Shown piece by piece: positions 12,477-26,572 of a stretch of 63,833 bases of DNA. The first letter of the stretch is position 1, and each line of letters opens with the position of its first letter. The notes beneath the pieces are model-generated. The model saw only the letters and a program-made list of their open reading frames with translations, was not told the origin of the DNA and searched no databases. Both the position numbers and the translations under genes were made by a program. The DNA comes from Rhizaria sp. SCN 62-66 (Eukaryota): NCBI GenBank assembly GCA_001724265.1, contig MEDY01000026.1:62001-125833 (forward strand), read 5' to 3'.

Positions 12477-15400
12477 TGGCAGTTCGACCATGATTCCTCG
12501 CTCGAATCCCTCTTCAGCCAAGGTCCGTTTCCCATCTCTTTTCTCATCTTTTTCTCCTTCTATCATACAGCGTTGCCTATATACTCACTTTATTGTCACA
12601 TTTTTGATGCGTTTTACGCTTTAGCGTGCATCGCGCGTTGATCCAGCAGATCGGGCAAGTATCCTAGGCAATACTCTAGGTGGCCGTCCGTCCATCCGGT
12701 ACGTTCGCATCCTTCCACCCTCATCAGCGCTGCTGCAAAACAATTGAGGAGACTCAACGCTTTACTTATTTCCACGTTTTTATGTTGATTTTGTTCATAT
12801 TTTCATTTGCTATTTTGTTATCGCACCTAATTTCAGCCTGCACGCCCGCGACAACGGCCAGGCTATGCGCGCGCTCCTTTCGGACCCGGATTACGTCCCT
12901 CCAAGCGAGACTGGTTCCATCAGCGCGTGTACGCCCCGCGTTGACACGTCTCCCTCGTTCACTTCGTTGAAAACTTTTAACGGATCTACTCTGGCGTCAA
13001 ACACACACTTCAACACACACACGACTCACACGAACATGAGTGGAGCAAATGCTGCAGCAGGCTTCGCGTTTGCACCCACCATTGACCTGACGCCAGCGTT
13101 TGCAGCGACTCCGCTGCACACACAATCACTACATGCACAACACTACGCGCCCGCGTCTTTTGCATCGCCTTTTTCGAGCCCCGCTCTTGCCTCCACTGTC
13201 GACAACTATTCCACAGTCAGTGCCACTGCCACTGGCGCTGCCTCCGCTGCCACTGTCTCCGCTGCCTCTGTCTCTGCTGCTTCTGTTGCCACTGCTCCTG
13301 CTGCTACCGTAGGAGGGTCCAGTCAGAGTACCGATGACAGCCGACTTGACTCAGGCTCCGCGGAGCGCACTGTGACAGCGTTACAGGCGCGGCGCGTTGA
13401 GCTACTGGCACAGCTTTCACAGCTCACCCAGTCACAACTCTCACAGTCGCAGCTCACGCTGTCGCAGCCGCCGCCGCAGCAGCCGCACCCGTCACAGCCG
13501 ACACAGACGCAGTCCCCGTATGCTGGCCCTGTTCCCGCTGCTGCAGTCACTGCCTCTACACACAACGTTACGTCCCCTGCTGTCGCCGCCAGCAGCGCTC
13601 TGACTGGCGCTGCAGCGGCTGCCACGGGGTTACATGCGTTGCGTTCACTACACTCCGACTCCCCGACCCTCGCTGCCGCGACCGCCGCGACTGCTGCGTC
13701 GGTGCAGCAGGCTGTTGCTGACGCGAGCCGCGTTCTATTGCAGAGCTCGCAGAACTTGAATCTTACGCAGCAGCACCCGAGCAAGCTTGTTGATGCGTCT
13801 ACGTCGTCCACCCCCGCGTTCGGCCCCACTTTTGCGCCAACAGGTTTCGCCTCTGTCGCTGCAACTGTGGCCACTGCTGCGGCCACGGTCGGCGCCGCTA
13901 CCAGCCCCGCTTTTGTGTCGGTTTCGCAGCAGTCGCCACCGTCGTCGCCGTTGCCGTTGCCGTTGCCCTCGCACGCACCGCAATCAACGCTGCAAACGCA
14001 CGCGTTTGACGGGACTGCACAACCGCAGCCGCAGCCGCTGTCATCGCGGCTTAGCAGAGGCGCCATTGGTAGCGTCAGCGCCCCTAGCGCCCACGGCGGC
14101 GGTGGCTTCATGACCAGGACACCGCCCCCGCAACGCGCCACAGCCTCTACGCTGGCGACAAGCGCAAACAGCGCCCACATGCTTCGTGCCGACTTGAGTG
14201 CCGCCGACACTGGTGCTCACAACCGCCTTGATACGCGCAGCGGAGGTGTTGCGACCCGTGGCGCGTCGCCCGCTGTGTCGCATCAAAGCGCCTTCACCGC
14301 TGTCTCCACTCACGGCGCTGCGAAGTCGCATGTTCAGAGTCAAACTAGCGGTCAAGTTGGCGGCGGGATGGCGATGATGCGGACACCGCCGTCACGCTTT
14401 CCCATGTCTGCCAGCGGTGACTACACTAGGAATGGGATTGTGAACAGCAGCGCTTTTGCGACTGCCGCCCCAACTCTCGCCAACACCGTCTCGAACACGC
14501 TTACCGCCAGCAACGCCGCTGCGGCCACCGACTCTGCTGTGGCTGCAGTAAACAACAACAACACCAGTAGCAGCGGCGCGCATCACCGCCGCGGAGTTTC
14601 GACTGACCGTGCGCAGTTCGGCCGTTACTCCAACGAGCTTATGTCGCCGCTCGCGCTGCCCCCGCGGCCCCGGTCAACGGGCCCGCCCGCCGCCGCCGCT
14701 GCCCACAGTCGCCTCACCCCCGCGCACAGCCACTACGACGGCGAACTGGCGACACAGAGTCTCTCTGCGCGTGGCCACGTCCGCGCTCGAGCTGGCACAG
14801 ACTCTACTGCTGTTGCGCATGCTGTGACTGCCGGGGTCGGTGCAGGCGCGACGAGTGCTCGCGGGCACTCGAGCCGCGCACGGGACGGCCGGTACCGCGA
14901 AAGCACTCCGCCTCAGTCGCGCTCACCGTCACGCGCGCGCTCTCGGTCGCGGTCGCAAGCACGCTCGCGCTCGCAGTCGCGGTCGCACACACATTCACAA
15001 ACGCAGACCTATGCGCTGACCCATGCGCCGACCCATGCGCCGACCCATGCGCAGACCCATGCGCAGGCGCAGGTGCATTCGCGGTCACAGACGCAGACGC
15101 GCTCGCGACCGCAATCTGCGTCACGCTCTCAGCGAGGTACAACACCACCGTCTCAGCAGCAACAGCAATATATGGGGCGCGAGAGTTTTGTGACGCAGTT
15201 GCCTGCTACCGCTGTCGAAGCGAAATCCCCGGAGTCCACGCTGCCCCTGAAGCGCCAGTCGCTGGGCACGCGCTCGCGCTGGCAACGCCACCCCGGCCCC
15301 TTGGCCCTGCCGTTTCCGTATCCCCGTCCCACCTCGCTGCCCACTTCCGCCGTCGCCTCTGCTACTGCGTCGCCTGCGCCGTTCGCGGCCTTTTCGCCGC

Positions 15401-18400
15401 AGCGCGCCCCCTCCCGCGGCAGCAGCAGCCAGTTTGACTCGCCCACAGTCATCGTGGGCGCCGCCTCTGGCGCTGGCGCTGTTGCGAGTGGCAGAGGCGG
15501 GGTACGCGTGGTATCTGGAACCGGGGGTACTTACATCTCGCCGCAGCACTTACACGGCTCGATTGCGATGTCGCCCGGGTTTGTCTCTCCAACTCACAGT
15601 CGCATGCGCGGTGGTGGCGGCAGCAGTTCTCAGCAGCAGCAGCGGCGGCGGAGCAGCAGTATTGGCCGTGGCGGCACGCCCACTGTTGGCGTCGCCGCTG
15701 CGGCCGCAACTGCCGCCGCCATTGCTGCCGCTGCGGCCGCGGACGCTGCTGCCGCTGCGCGCGCGAACGTGCAAGCTGAACAGGCGTCATACTCCATCGT
15801 GAGTAAAACCAATACTTCTGTGCATGCTGGTGCGGCTGCTGCCCTTGTTCCAGCTGTTGCGAACGACGCTAGCGCGAGAGCGCGCGTGCCCCCTTCCGTC
15901 GCGATGACGCTTACGTTCGCCTCGCCGAAGGTCAAGAAGCCGCACGCGTTTGAGGCTAAGCCGCGCACCAGCGAGGCTGAAGCGAAGCCGTCCGCAGAAG
16001 TCAAGCCGCAGGTCAAGGCTGGTCGCTCGCCCGCACTGGCCTCAATTCCCGTGCCGTCTACGGTTGCTGTTAAGTCCAATAGTGACAAGTCCAAGACTGA
16101 CCGTGGGCGCAGTGAACGAGACCGCTCGCGTGTGCGCGCTGTCATCGCAGCGAGCCTTAGTCACACCACAAATAGCCCTGCTCTCGTCACTACTTCTGCT
16201 ACAAACACAAAGAGCTCTGCACAAGTCAAGTCTTCTGCTTTGGCGAGTGCCGTTGGCTCTGCGCCCGCTGATTCGAGGAAGAGTGACCGTGAGCACCGGT
16301 CTCGTTCGCGGTCGCGCGCGCTCTCACAGCCACTCGTCCAGCCCGCTCCCACTCCCACCGCTGCCGCAAACGTGGGCGCGGCAGTTTCCGCTGCTGGGGC
16401 GTCGACTAGCAAGCGTGCTTCAAGTAAGTCGCGTCCGATAACAGCATTGGAGTTGACACAGCAGCTGTCCGTTTCGTTTGCGACCGCGACACCTCGCTTA
16501 GCGGCTTATGCTGACCGCGGCACAACCACCCACGCTGTGGCTGTCAATGATGCAGACGTGTTGAACGAGTCTATCGCCGTTAACGACAGTGAGTTCGACA
16601 CCACAGCGGGCAACTTTGACCGCGTCCGCGGCCGCGACTATGAGCGCGCGCGCGAGCGGCAGCGTCGTCGCGAGCACATGAGCTCTCGTTCCCGTTCACA
16701 CTCTCGCCATCATGAAAAAAACGATGACGAAGAGAACGATATGAGGCATGCGCGCAGCCGTGACCAAGGCCACGATCGTGACCGTGAGCAGCGCAAGAGT
16801 GACCGTGCGCGTCGCCACACTGATCGCGACCGAGATCAGGCTGACGGTGGCAAGGGCGATGACAGTGACCGTGATCGTCGACGTCGCCGCCACAAGGAGC
16901 GCTCGCTGTCTCGCTCGCACGCGCGCACGCTTGATAACACAGTGCATACGGCTACTACAAGTATGGACACGCTTGCAAACGTGTCTTTCTACCCTGCAGT
17001 AAATCACACGAACGCCCATGTCACTGTCGCTGCTGCCGGGGCAAAAGCTACGCCTATCTTCTCAGTCCAAGATTCACTTGCTCTGGACGACAACGCGTTC
17101 CTCGCAGCGCTGGAGCGCTCTGTCTACGGTGCTCCGAGCGACTCTGCACATAAGACCAATACTGTCTTTGCCGGCGAGTCGGCCGCGAGTCGCGCTACCC
17201 ACAACAATGTGACTCACGCTCGAGCTGTGAATCCCCTGTCTCCTAACTCCCATGTTGCAGTTGCGGTTGCTCACACCAGTAGCGCAAATCGGGCTCGCAC
17301 TGCGGTGACACCTGTCCGCACTGCTCCCGTCTCTGCTTCCGTGAGCGCGCCTCGCGCGTCTGCTGCGAGTGCGAGCGCCATGAAGAACCCTGCAGCAACT
17401 GCGACCGCTGCTCACAGTACGCGCAGTGGCGGCTTGTTTGACAATGATACTGACTTGCTGGCACTTGAGGCGGTACTGATAGGACCTTTTAACGCGACTA
17501 CGACTGCAAATCGGTCGCCGTTACAGAGCACATTTGTCATTCCTATCTCTGCACCCGTTAGTACACCACACACAAATTCCCAGAGCACCCAAGATGAAGC
17601 GCGCATCCCACTGGGTGCGTTACCTGAAAGTGCTGTTTCTAACCACGTCCAGTCATTCGCACCGATCTCTCAATCTCAAACTCCCCAGATGACTCAGGTG
17701 CAGACGCCGCCACAAACAGCAGTTCGCCCGCAGTCACATTCGCACTCCCAGTCTCAAGCACACGCACAAGCCCGTGCCGTGGAGGCTGCCGTGCGCGCAG
17801 CACTGGCTGCTGAGTCTGGCCCCGCTGCGAATGCATCGCATGATGCCTCTGCAGCGGAGCGTGCGGACGCGCTCATTGCGCGTGTGCTTGCGGTGTGCTT
17901 ACCCAATGCGTATATCCAGCCTTCTTGTGACGCAAACGTTTCCGCTCTTGGCAACTTTAGCACGCTGAATGCTAATGCAAGCGTGGCCAACAACGTGAAC
18001 GTCTCTTCCATGTATCAGCAGCAGAACGCAAGTATCAACGCGACTCTGCGCAGCGGTCTTGATGGCACTCTGAGCACGAGTAGCGCGTTTGGTGCCCCTG
18101 TCCCTGCGCCTCTACCTCGCGGTAGCCGCGGTGGCAAGGACGTGACCGTGAGCAGCCCGCCACGCGGCGTCATTCCCCTCGGTGACCACGGCGATGCTGG
18201 CGACGATAACGCATCTGCCGACGAGGACAACGTGTATTCCGCAACATGTGCTGCCCCTGTGTCTGCGCGCAGTGTGCGCAGTGTTGGCGGCGTGCTGCGT
18301 GGTGTTTCTGCAGCGTTCCAGCTCGGCGGCGACCCTGTGTACCAAACTGAGCAGGCACAGAAGCCCGCTGTTGTTTCAGACATGGGCACATGGTCCGTTC

Positions 18401-18642
18401 CTCCCTCGAATGCGATCAAGCTTCATACTGACATCAGTGCGTCTCACCTTGATCACAGCAGCGCTGCTGCGGCGAATATGAGTCGGCGTGGTCAGTGGGG
18501 CACTGGCGATGACACGCTGGTCAACTTATCGGGTCTCGACGCACTCAGCGCGATTCGGATGGCAAGGGACCGTGAGCGCGAGCGCGACCGCAGGCGTGCG
18601 CAGCAGGGCGACGAGAGTGCGTTTCAGTCTGACTCTGAGTGA
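12477..18642 (+). CDS. Large intrinsically disordered Ala/Ser/Thr-rich protein with RS/RD-rich tracts; probable exons 12477-12522, 12650-12698, 12837-18642 (true start unresolved)
   Basis: 1925-aa ORF. Upstream small exons join in frame via gtccgt (12523) and gtacgt (12699) donors, giving WQFDHDSSLESLFSQDRASILGNTLGGRPSIRLHARDNGQAMRALL. No recognisable domain. Stop TGA. Confidence 0.7.
15007..15066 (+). repeat. 5 x 12-bp coding minisatellite (T[Y/H]A[L/P/Q])
   Basis: acctatgcgctg acccatgcgccg acccatgcgccg acccatgcgcag acccatgcgcag. Confidence 0.9.
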
Positions 18643-18809
18643 TCAATTCTTCATAGAGCATTCGCTTGTTCAACCAATGTCATTTTAAGAGAACACTATA
18701 GAATCATGGTTTTTATTTAGCTAACGTGTAATTAAACAGAATACATTGCTACATATCGTTTGACACTCAAAAAGCACACCAAGGAATCCCAGTATGCATG
18801 TTGATGTGC

Positions 18810-21800
18810 TTATTGCTCGCTCGCCGGCTTCCGAATAACTTGAGTGCGCATAATCCCGCCCCGCGGCGCCTGCGGCAGCGGCACGCGCGCCATCGGCCCC
18901 TGCGCCGGCGCCGGACCGGGCGACGGCCCCGCGCGCGCCGGCCTCGCCCCAGCCGTAGCAGCTGCTCCAGTCAGATCGCTCTTCATGCGCGCGAGGCCCG
19001 GTGCCGCGAGCGCCGGCGATCCCACCGCGGCGCCAGACCCGCGCGCACGCGCCGACGCTGCTCTTGGCACGGAGCCAACAGCGGGCGCGGGAGCGCCGGG
19101 CGAGTCTGTCGCGGCAGCGCTCTTGCGCGCCTCGGCCTTCGCAAGCCGCTCGCGCTCGCGCTGTGCTACTTTGGCTAGGAACGCCGCCTCGCGCGCGGCC
19201 GCAGCGCTGTCCGCGGGCGACATCCCCGCAGCAACCATCGCGGCTGCGGCGCTGGCGGTAGAATCGGAGGCCGTCGGCGACGGCGAGGACCCGAAGCCCG
19301 ACGCGCTGGCGAAGCGGTTGGACGGCGTGGGCGGCGCGAAGTCCGTCTTGACCAGGCAGCCGGAGGGCGAGTGCAGCAGCACGGGTTGCGCGCCACCGCG
19401 ATAAGCCATCAGAGAGCCCGCAGACGGGGACGGCGCCAGCGCGCGCGCGTGCGCATTCGCTCCGACACCAGAGCTGAGCACAGCGGCGGATGCGGACGGG
19501 GCGAGCGGGCGCGCGCCGCTGGCAAGCGGGGGCCGGCTCGCGTTGGAGCCGGCGCTTGCTGTGGGCGTGGGCACTGCAGGCAGCGGGATGTTGGGCCTGC
19601 GCATGCCTGCCACGGCAGAAGCATTCGCACTAGCAGATGGAAACGAGCCACTCTTGCTGACACCTGTGGGCGAGCGCACTGAGCCAGGACGAGTGCCGCC
19701 GACGCCGGCATTGTTGCTCGGTGAGCGCGGGACCTGCTTCGCACTGCTCGGCGAAACCACGGCGCGCGCATTGGTACTGCCGCCAGCAGAGGCGCCCGCT
19801 GCAGGAGTCGACCCGTGGGGCGTCGCCTTGACGCCGGTACGATCGGTGGCAGTGCGGCGCAGCAGCGCGACGCGCGCGGCACGCATGTTCACGCGTTCGG
19901 CGCGGGCGGCCTCACTCTCGTCGTCGCCGTCAGCGGCCGCGCCAAGAGCGGGCGAAGGGCCGGCGAACGACTGCGCGTGCGCTAAATGACCAGGAGCCAA
20001 CATGCTAGCGCCGTTGCTCTCCTCAGCACCGTAGGGGTTGTCGCCGTTGCGCGCGCTCGGCAGCGGCCACTGCACCACAGCCCTCTGCCCCAGCACCACT
20101 CCGTGCGCACTGAGTGACTCTTCCTCGGGCAGAGTCGCCAGTACGGCGTCCCTGTCGCCGGCGCAGTTGCCCTGCAGAGGCCGGTCGTCCGCAAACGGTG
20201 TCACGCCGCCGTAGTCGCTGTCTGTCGCGCCCGTGCCGCCACGCCTGTGCACGATTTCGCTGTGCGTGTTGGTGCTGGCGCCGGCGCCTGCGTGGGTGTC
20301 GCTATCGGGGAACGGCGAGTCAGCAAACGAACCGCCTGCGGTGCTGGCGATGTCGATATGCAGTCCAGCAGAGGCCAAACGGGCGAGCGGGGAGGCCCGA
20401 CCGTCGAGAGCGTTGACACCAACACCCGACTGCGACCGCGATCGCGAGGGTGACAAATCAGACTGCGAATTGACGGACACCGGCGGCAGAGGACTGCCTG
20501 AGACCTTGATGTCAACTTCAAACGCGTCTTCGCCACCGTTGCCGCCGGCACTCCCAGTGGCGTCACTGTTGCTGCCGTTGCTCTTGGCTGCCGCCGCCGC
20601 AAGCATCATGTCCCGCTTCCACGCCTTGATATCGCCGCGGCTCGACGCCGCAGCAGGACGGACGCGAGTGGGCGCAGGTGCCGGCGACTCGGTGCTATTG
20701 CTATCGACGAGAGCAGGTGAGGCAACGGGCGTCGCGGCGGCGGCGTTCTTGCGGGCTGCGGCGATTGCAGCGCGCAGCGGAGGGCGCGCTGCAGGTGCAG
20801 GCGCAGCAGCAGCAGCAGCAGTAGCGGGCGCCGCGCGCGCGGGCAGCGGCGAGGGCGTCGCAGCAGCAGCTGCTGCCTTCGGCCCGAGCATCGGCGTCAC
20901 CACCACCCCAGCAGCGGAGGCAGCTGCGACCGAATCAGACGCCGTCGAGTCGCCCGTAGCGTCGCTGTCGCCGGCCTTTTTGCCATAGTAGCGCTCCACC
21001 ATTGCGCCGCGACGCAGGAACTGCTTTTGTTTCGGCGGCTCGGCCGCAGCAGCCGCCGCCGCAGCTGCAGCTGCAGGAGTCGAGGCCGGCGTGCGGCCCT
21101 TGCCCTTGGCGGCCGCGCTCGCAGCGCTGGCGCTGGGGGTCTTGGCGCGCGCCTTGCCGCTGGGCGCAGCAACACGGCCCTGCACCGCTGCGCTGGCCTT
21201 GGCGAGCTTGGCGTTTGCGCCCGCGGCAGCGCCACGCTTGGGGGCAGCCGCACCGGCCGCGGCAGCGCGCGCCTTAGCGGGATCAGAGCAGAACGCGGCA
21301 TAGATTTGCGCCATCTGCTCGTCTTCGTCAGGCTCGGCGGGGCCGGCGGGACAGATGATCTCGCCGCCACTGACAGCCTTGTTTTTGCTGCCGTTGCCAC
21401 CATTGCTGGTGTTCGCAGCGGCAGCGGCTGCTGCGGCGGCCGGGAGCAAGCCTGGGGGTAGCGGACCAGTGACCGCGTTGGCAAAGGCAAACGAGATGTC
21501 GATCCCATCCTCGCTGACGTTACAGTTCTCGCTTGAGTTCGCGGCAGCAACAGCTTCTGCAGATGACGACACAAGCTTCTGCGTGTTCATGGCCATCGCC
21601 GCTGCAAAAATGTCGGCGAACGCAGCCGGACTGTTAATGCCACCCTCGCTGCCACTGTTGCTGTTGTTTGCGGACGGCGCGTTATACGCAATGGGACGCA
21701 CACCACCCTTCTTCGCAACAGCGCCGACAGAACCAGCCACAACCGCAGCGGCCTTGCTGGGTGATTTGACCGGGGACGCGCGCAACTGGCCCATCATAGA

Positions 21801-24151
21801 ATCGAGCTCATTTGCTTTACCCATCATCCAACGGCCCATTGTACGCTTCGGAACGCCACCAGCACCGTTGCTATGAGCAGCGCGAACAGCGCCATCGGTA
21901 ATAACTCCAGTTGGGGCATTGCCAGAAGAGGGCTTGTCGTTGGCATTGCTGGTGTTCGCAGCGGCAGCGAGGCCGTCTGTGTCGAGAAACGGGCCAGCAG
22001 CGGTGCCCGCCATCAGTAACGCGCGCATTTGGTTCACAATCGCGTCATCATTGCCTTCGTCCTCAGAACCAGCACTGACAGCAGAGTTTGCGTTCACATC
22101 ACCGCCCGAACTCGAGCTCGAGCTTGAGGCAACCACCGTGATGCTAGAGCCCCTGTTCGCCTTGTTGTTACCCAGCGCTGGATGCGGCCTGGCGTCTTCC
22201 GGCGCGACCTTGATTGTCACACTGCGCAGGTCTCCACCAAACGCAGCTACGGCCGCGGCGCCCTTGGCCAGCCTCTCCGCGTCCTGCTCCGTCAGCGCGC
22301 CGCTGGCGATGATGTCACTGAGAGATTCGCGCACGAGCGCGTCCGAGGCGAACAGCTCCTTAAGCGTAGGGCGGCGCGCGGGCACGGGGTCTAGCAGCCG
22401 GTCAATAAGCGCGAGCAGCGCCGGGGAGTACCGCGCGGCCGCGGACGGCGGCAACGGCGCGCGCGCGCCGGTGACGATGCCGCGCACGACAGCTGCGAGC
22501 GAGGACCCTGAGAACGGCGGCGCAAGAGAGGCCAGCTCGTGCAGCAGACAGCCCAGGGCCCAGAGGTCGGCGGGCGGGCCGTAGGGCTCGCCGCGGCAGA
22601 CCTCGGGGGCGAGGTAAAGCGGGGTACCAGCCATCGTGGAGGCGAGGTCGGCGCGCGAGGAGAGTGCGCGCGCGATGCCGAAATCGCCCAGTTTCACATG
22701 GATATCTACAAGAATTTCGACATAAAAAAACAAAAAAAGCACGTAATAATTAGACTCACGCATAAAAGCAACCACATTATACTCAAAATACCTGGAGTTT
22801 GTTGAAACATATGTGTTTTCGTACCTGAGTCGCCTTGGAGAAAAACGTTCGCAGCCTTGATATCGCGGTGCAACACCGGCTGCGGGCGGCAGTGCAGCTC
22901 GCCCACTGCAACAGCAACCTGAGTCCACCACGCCATGATGATGTCCTCGGGCAAGTACTCCGGGCGTTTGCATTCGTCATCATCGTCGCCGTTGCCGTCG
23001 TCGTCGCCCCCCTCCTGGGCGTTTGTGGGGGAGTCTGTGACTTTGTTCTCGCCATTCTCATCATCAGGCTTCGCTTGCTGCTGCTGTTTCTGCGCCTTGG
23101 CGCGATTGTTCGCGTTGCGCTGCGCGCTCTTCTCATCCCACTGCTGCATCTGCTGCTTGGTGAACCACACGCACTGCGCCAGGTCGCCGCCGTGACATAG
23201 CTCCATCACGAGATAGAAGATTCCCGACGGCACAATCATGCCGGCGCCAGCGGCCGGCCGCGCAGCAGCGCCAGCCGTCGCGCTCGCGTCAGTGCTTGAG
23301 CTCGAGGTCGCATTCGCTGCAGTCGCTGCGACAGTGGAGGGAGCGTAGTCGCTGCGAGCTGCGGCCTGCAAGAGCGCACTGTCTTCATCGCCGAGGGGCT
23401 CAAGCGTCACAAGACGGTCAACGTCCGCTGCGGACAGCGACAGAACGTTGGTGTGCGCAACACGGAACCGCTCGGCGCTTTCGTCCCATTCCTGCTCCTG
23501 CTCTTGCTCATCATCGTCGTCGTCGTCGTCGTTAGATTGCTGCTCATTGCCGCCGGATGCCGATGACTTGATCTTGGCGGCAATTTGCCCCCACGGCGAC
23601 TGCCCGGGCGGTTGGTACGGCACCCGGAACCCCGCGGCGACAAACCCGATAACGCAGGGATGCTGGATCGACGCGAGCATCTGCGCCTCGGCCACTGCAG
23701 CTCGGCGTTGGTCGGGCGTCAAGCGACGCCACCGCAACTCTTTCACGCAGAACAGCCGCGGGTCCGCGTTGTCGTTCTCCGCGCTCGAGTCGGCGTTCGC
23801 GGCTGAGAGGGCGGCAAGCGCAGACGCAGGGAGTCCGTCGATGCAGCGGGCTGCGAACACGGTCGACACGTCGCTGGAGCCCAGCAGGCGCTCGGATTGG
23901 TAACTCGACGAGCGGCGCGCGCGCAGGGCCGCAACAGAAAAGGTAGGGGCTGGCACATGCGCGGAGGCAGGCTGGGCTGGGGTTGGCGCCGCTGCGGGTG
24001 AGCTAGAGTCAGAAACAGCAGAGTCCGCCGCATGGGCGGGAGAAGAAACCGGAGCGTCGATCTCTGAAGGAACTGTAGGAGCCGATGTAAGGGCAGGCGC
24101 GGGAAGCGAGGCCTCAACAACGGTACTGTCCAAAGCAGGCGGCGCGGACAT
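18810..24151 (-). CDS. NIMA-related (NEK-type) Ser/Thr kinase with a long disordered tail; exons 22825-24151, 18810-22705
   Basis: VKEL, AEAQMLASIQHPCVI, LVMELCHGGDL, HRDIKAANVFL, VKLGDFGIARAL, GTPLYLAPE, ADLWALGCLLHEL. Intron 22706-22824 (gtacga..tag) joins LQGDS-D-IHVKLGDFG. Stop TAA. Confidence 0.9.
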
Positions 24152-24675
24152 TTACGCCGGGTAACAAAACACGCGCGGCAAGGTTGTGTTTACGCTAACA
24201 AATACTAACGAGGTTTGAGGAATGCAGCCAAAGGAGGCTACAAGAAAGTCGGTGTGCAAACAACGGGAAAGCAGTGTTTAGGGGGTAATGAAAAAGATAA
24301 TTAATTTTTCAGCAATGGAAAATGTAAATGCGTTGTTTAAACATATGTTGACGATTAAAACAGTGCACTGTGCGTTGATTTGTTGTGTTCGCGCGTGTAG
24401 TAGCCGTTGCAGCCTCACTCGTGTCGCTGGCTTTTAACCCTCATTTTTGGTAAGGCATTTCTCACCGGAGAATCCGTTACCATCAAGATGAGTTCGCAGC
24501 AAAATATTTCCGACAAATATACACATGAGCAAACAGTTGAATTCGCGTTTGAGCTAGCATGTCCTTCTCACATTCACGCGCTGTCTGACTCGATCGAATC
24601 TTCATGTCGTCACCCTTGTAGCCACCCACACAGAGCGGCTACGCGACCCAGAGCAGGTGCCTGCATACTGCTGCA

Positions 24676-26572
24676 ATGTCCCAACAGCCTATGCATAGTC
24701 CTAGCGAAGCGCCGTCTACTGGTGTAGCTTCGACACCTGGCTTTGCCGCGAGTGGCGCGAGTTCTGGTTCTTCGAGTGATAACATTCTGACAACTGCTTT
24801 GACGCTGCATAGCCCCACCATAGACTATCCCCTGGTCCCGGCCTCGCTTGCTACAGCACCCCGTGTCAATGACATCACACAACTTAACTCGTTGCTACTG
24901 CGCAGTAAGAAGGGCAACGTCTTCCGCGTCGCAGTTGAGTCCCCCGAGTCATGCAAAGCCATCGTACGTGAATTATATCTCCACAAAACACTATTTATCT
25001 CGCGGAGTTCTGAGTATAACATTATGTAACAATGGGGTGCTGTAGCACATTGCGCACCAAATGTGATATTGAGATTTCACCTTCACATGCATTTATCTTT
25101 CTTATTTTCCCTTGTTGATATGATTCCTTCTCTTTTGATTTCTCACACTGTGCGTTGCGCTCGCTGCGCAACAACACAGTACGATGCCCAGGGCCGCTTT
25201 TGCGAGGACTCCCACATCTCTCTGGACCACGAGCTTTTGATCCGTGACTCGTTCATCGAGGGCGACTACGACGTTCACCCGCCGCCCTCTTCCGCATCCG
25301 CAGCACTCTCTCACAAACCGCAGCCGCAGTCTTAGTCGCACTCCCCTCGTTTGTCGCGCACTGCATCTTCTGGCATTGTGACCGGAGCTGCTGCGTTGAG
25401 TGCGAGCGCCCCGTTTGACCCCAATGAGCACGCTATGTTCTGTGCGACCTTGCGCGATCCTGTCACGAATGAGGTACGTTTCACAGTTCAGTCACGTCAT
25501 TTATACAGGTGCTTCGCATGCTGTTGAGAAAAGCCTTTTTAGCATCCCAATGTCAACAGTCTCTTAGCATCACATAAGTTTTTTTTTTCTCATTTATATC
25601 GGACTCTGACGACGAATTCCGCGTTCAACGTGTACACAATCGCATATCAACATCTTTGCATCACAACTCGACTTTTCTCTCATCTCCTTCATCACAACAC
25701 TTTCCGTGATGCGACGCGTACCCCATCACAAGGCTGCCGGCATTGCGTTCTGGCGCGAGGTGCCCGCAGCCGACATGGAGCGCTGGATGGCGCCTTCGAT
25801 GGCGAAGCGGCTCCAGCACATCTACTCTGCGCCAGAGTCGCCCTTTTACTGCGGACCCGCCGGCATCAGCAACAGCAGCAGCGCGAGTGCGAGCATGAAC
25901 AGCAGCAGCCTCAATGCGCCTGGTGCCACTGGTTCTGACTCACACACGACAGGCTCACATTCACCGTCGCTGCAATCACATCAGGCTGCGCTGTCGTCGT
26001 CGACGGCGTTGATCCCCGCCCCCGGCCTCGCCATCCCTGTCTCCGGCGGCCCCCCGTACCCGCTCTCGGCGGTCTACATGCGCTGGATCAAGCTCGAACT
26101 CATCGCCACCAGTCCGCAGCACTACGGCCGCGGCGTCGCAACCCTGCTCCTCTCCGCAGTGCTGCTCGGCGCCGCCTTACGCGCACAGGAGCGCTGCGTG
26201 CTGCACGTGGCCGGCGGGGACGACAACGTGCCCGCGCGCCGGCTGTACGAGCGCTTTTGCTTTGCGCCCGTGCCTGGCGACGCGTTCCACCGGCCGAACA
26301 AAGACGTGTGGGCGTTGGTGGACATCGCCGGCGCGCTGAGGCGGGTGGCAGAGGACGGTGTCGTCGCCGGGGCGGCTGTCGTACCCACTGTTACTGGGGC
26401 GGACGGCGCGGCGCCGGTCGAGGGCGGGATTAAGCACCAGGCGTCGAGCGCGACTCAGGAGGCGCAGCGGGAGCAGCATGAGAAGCAGCAGATGAAGGAC
26501 GTGAAGAGCGGGAATGCAATTATAATGCATGTTTCAATTTTTGGTGAAGGCCATACGCAAGGCACTAATTAA
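24676..26572 (+). CDS. GNAT-family acetyltransferase; exons 24676-24963, 25180-25473, 25733-26572; in-frame TAG at 25333-25335
   Basis: Motif A QHYGRGVATLLL and LHVAGGDDNVPARRLYERFCF. Two phase-0 introns with gtacgt donors. Exon 2 reads through a TAG. Stop TAA. Confidence 0.82.
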
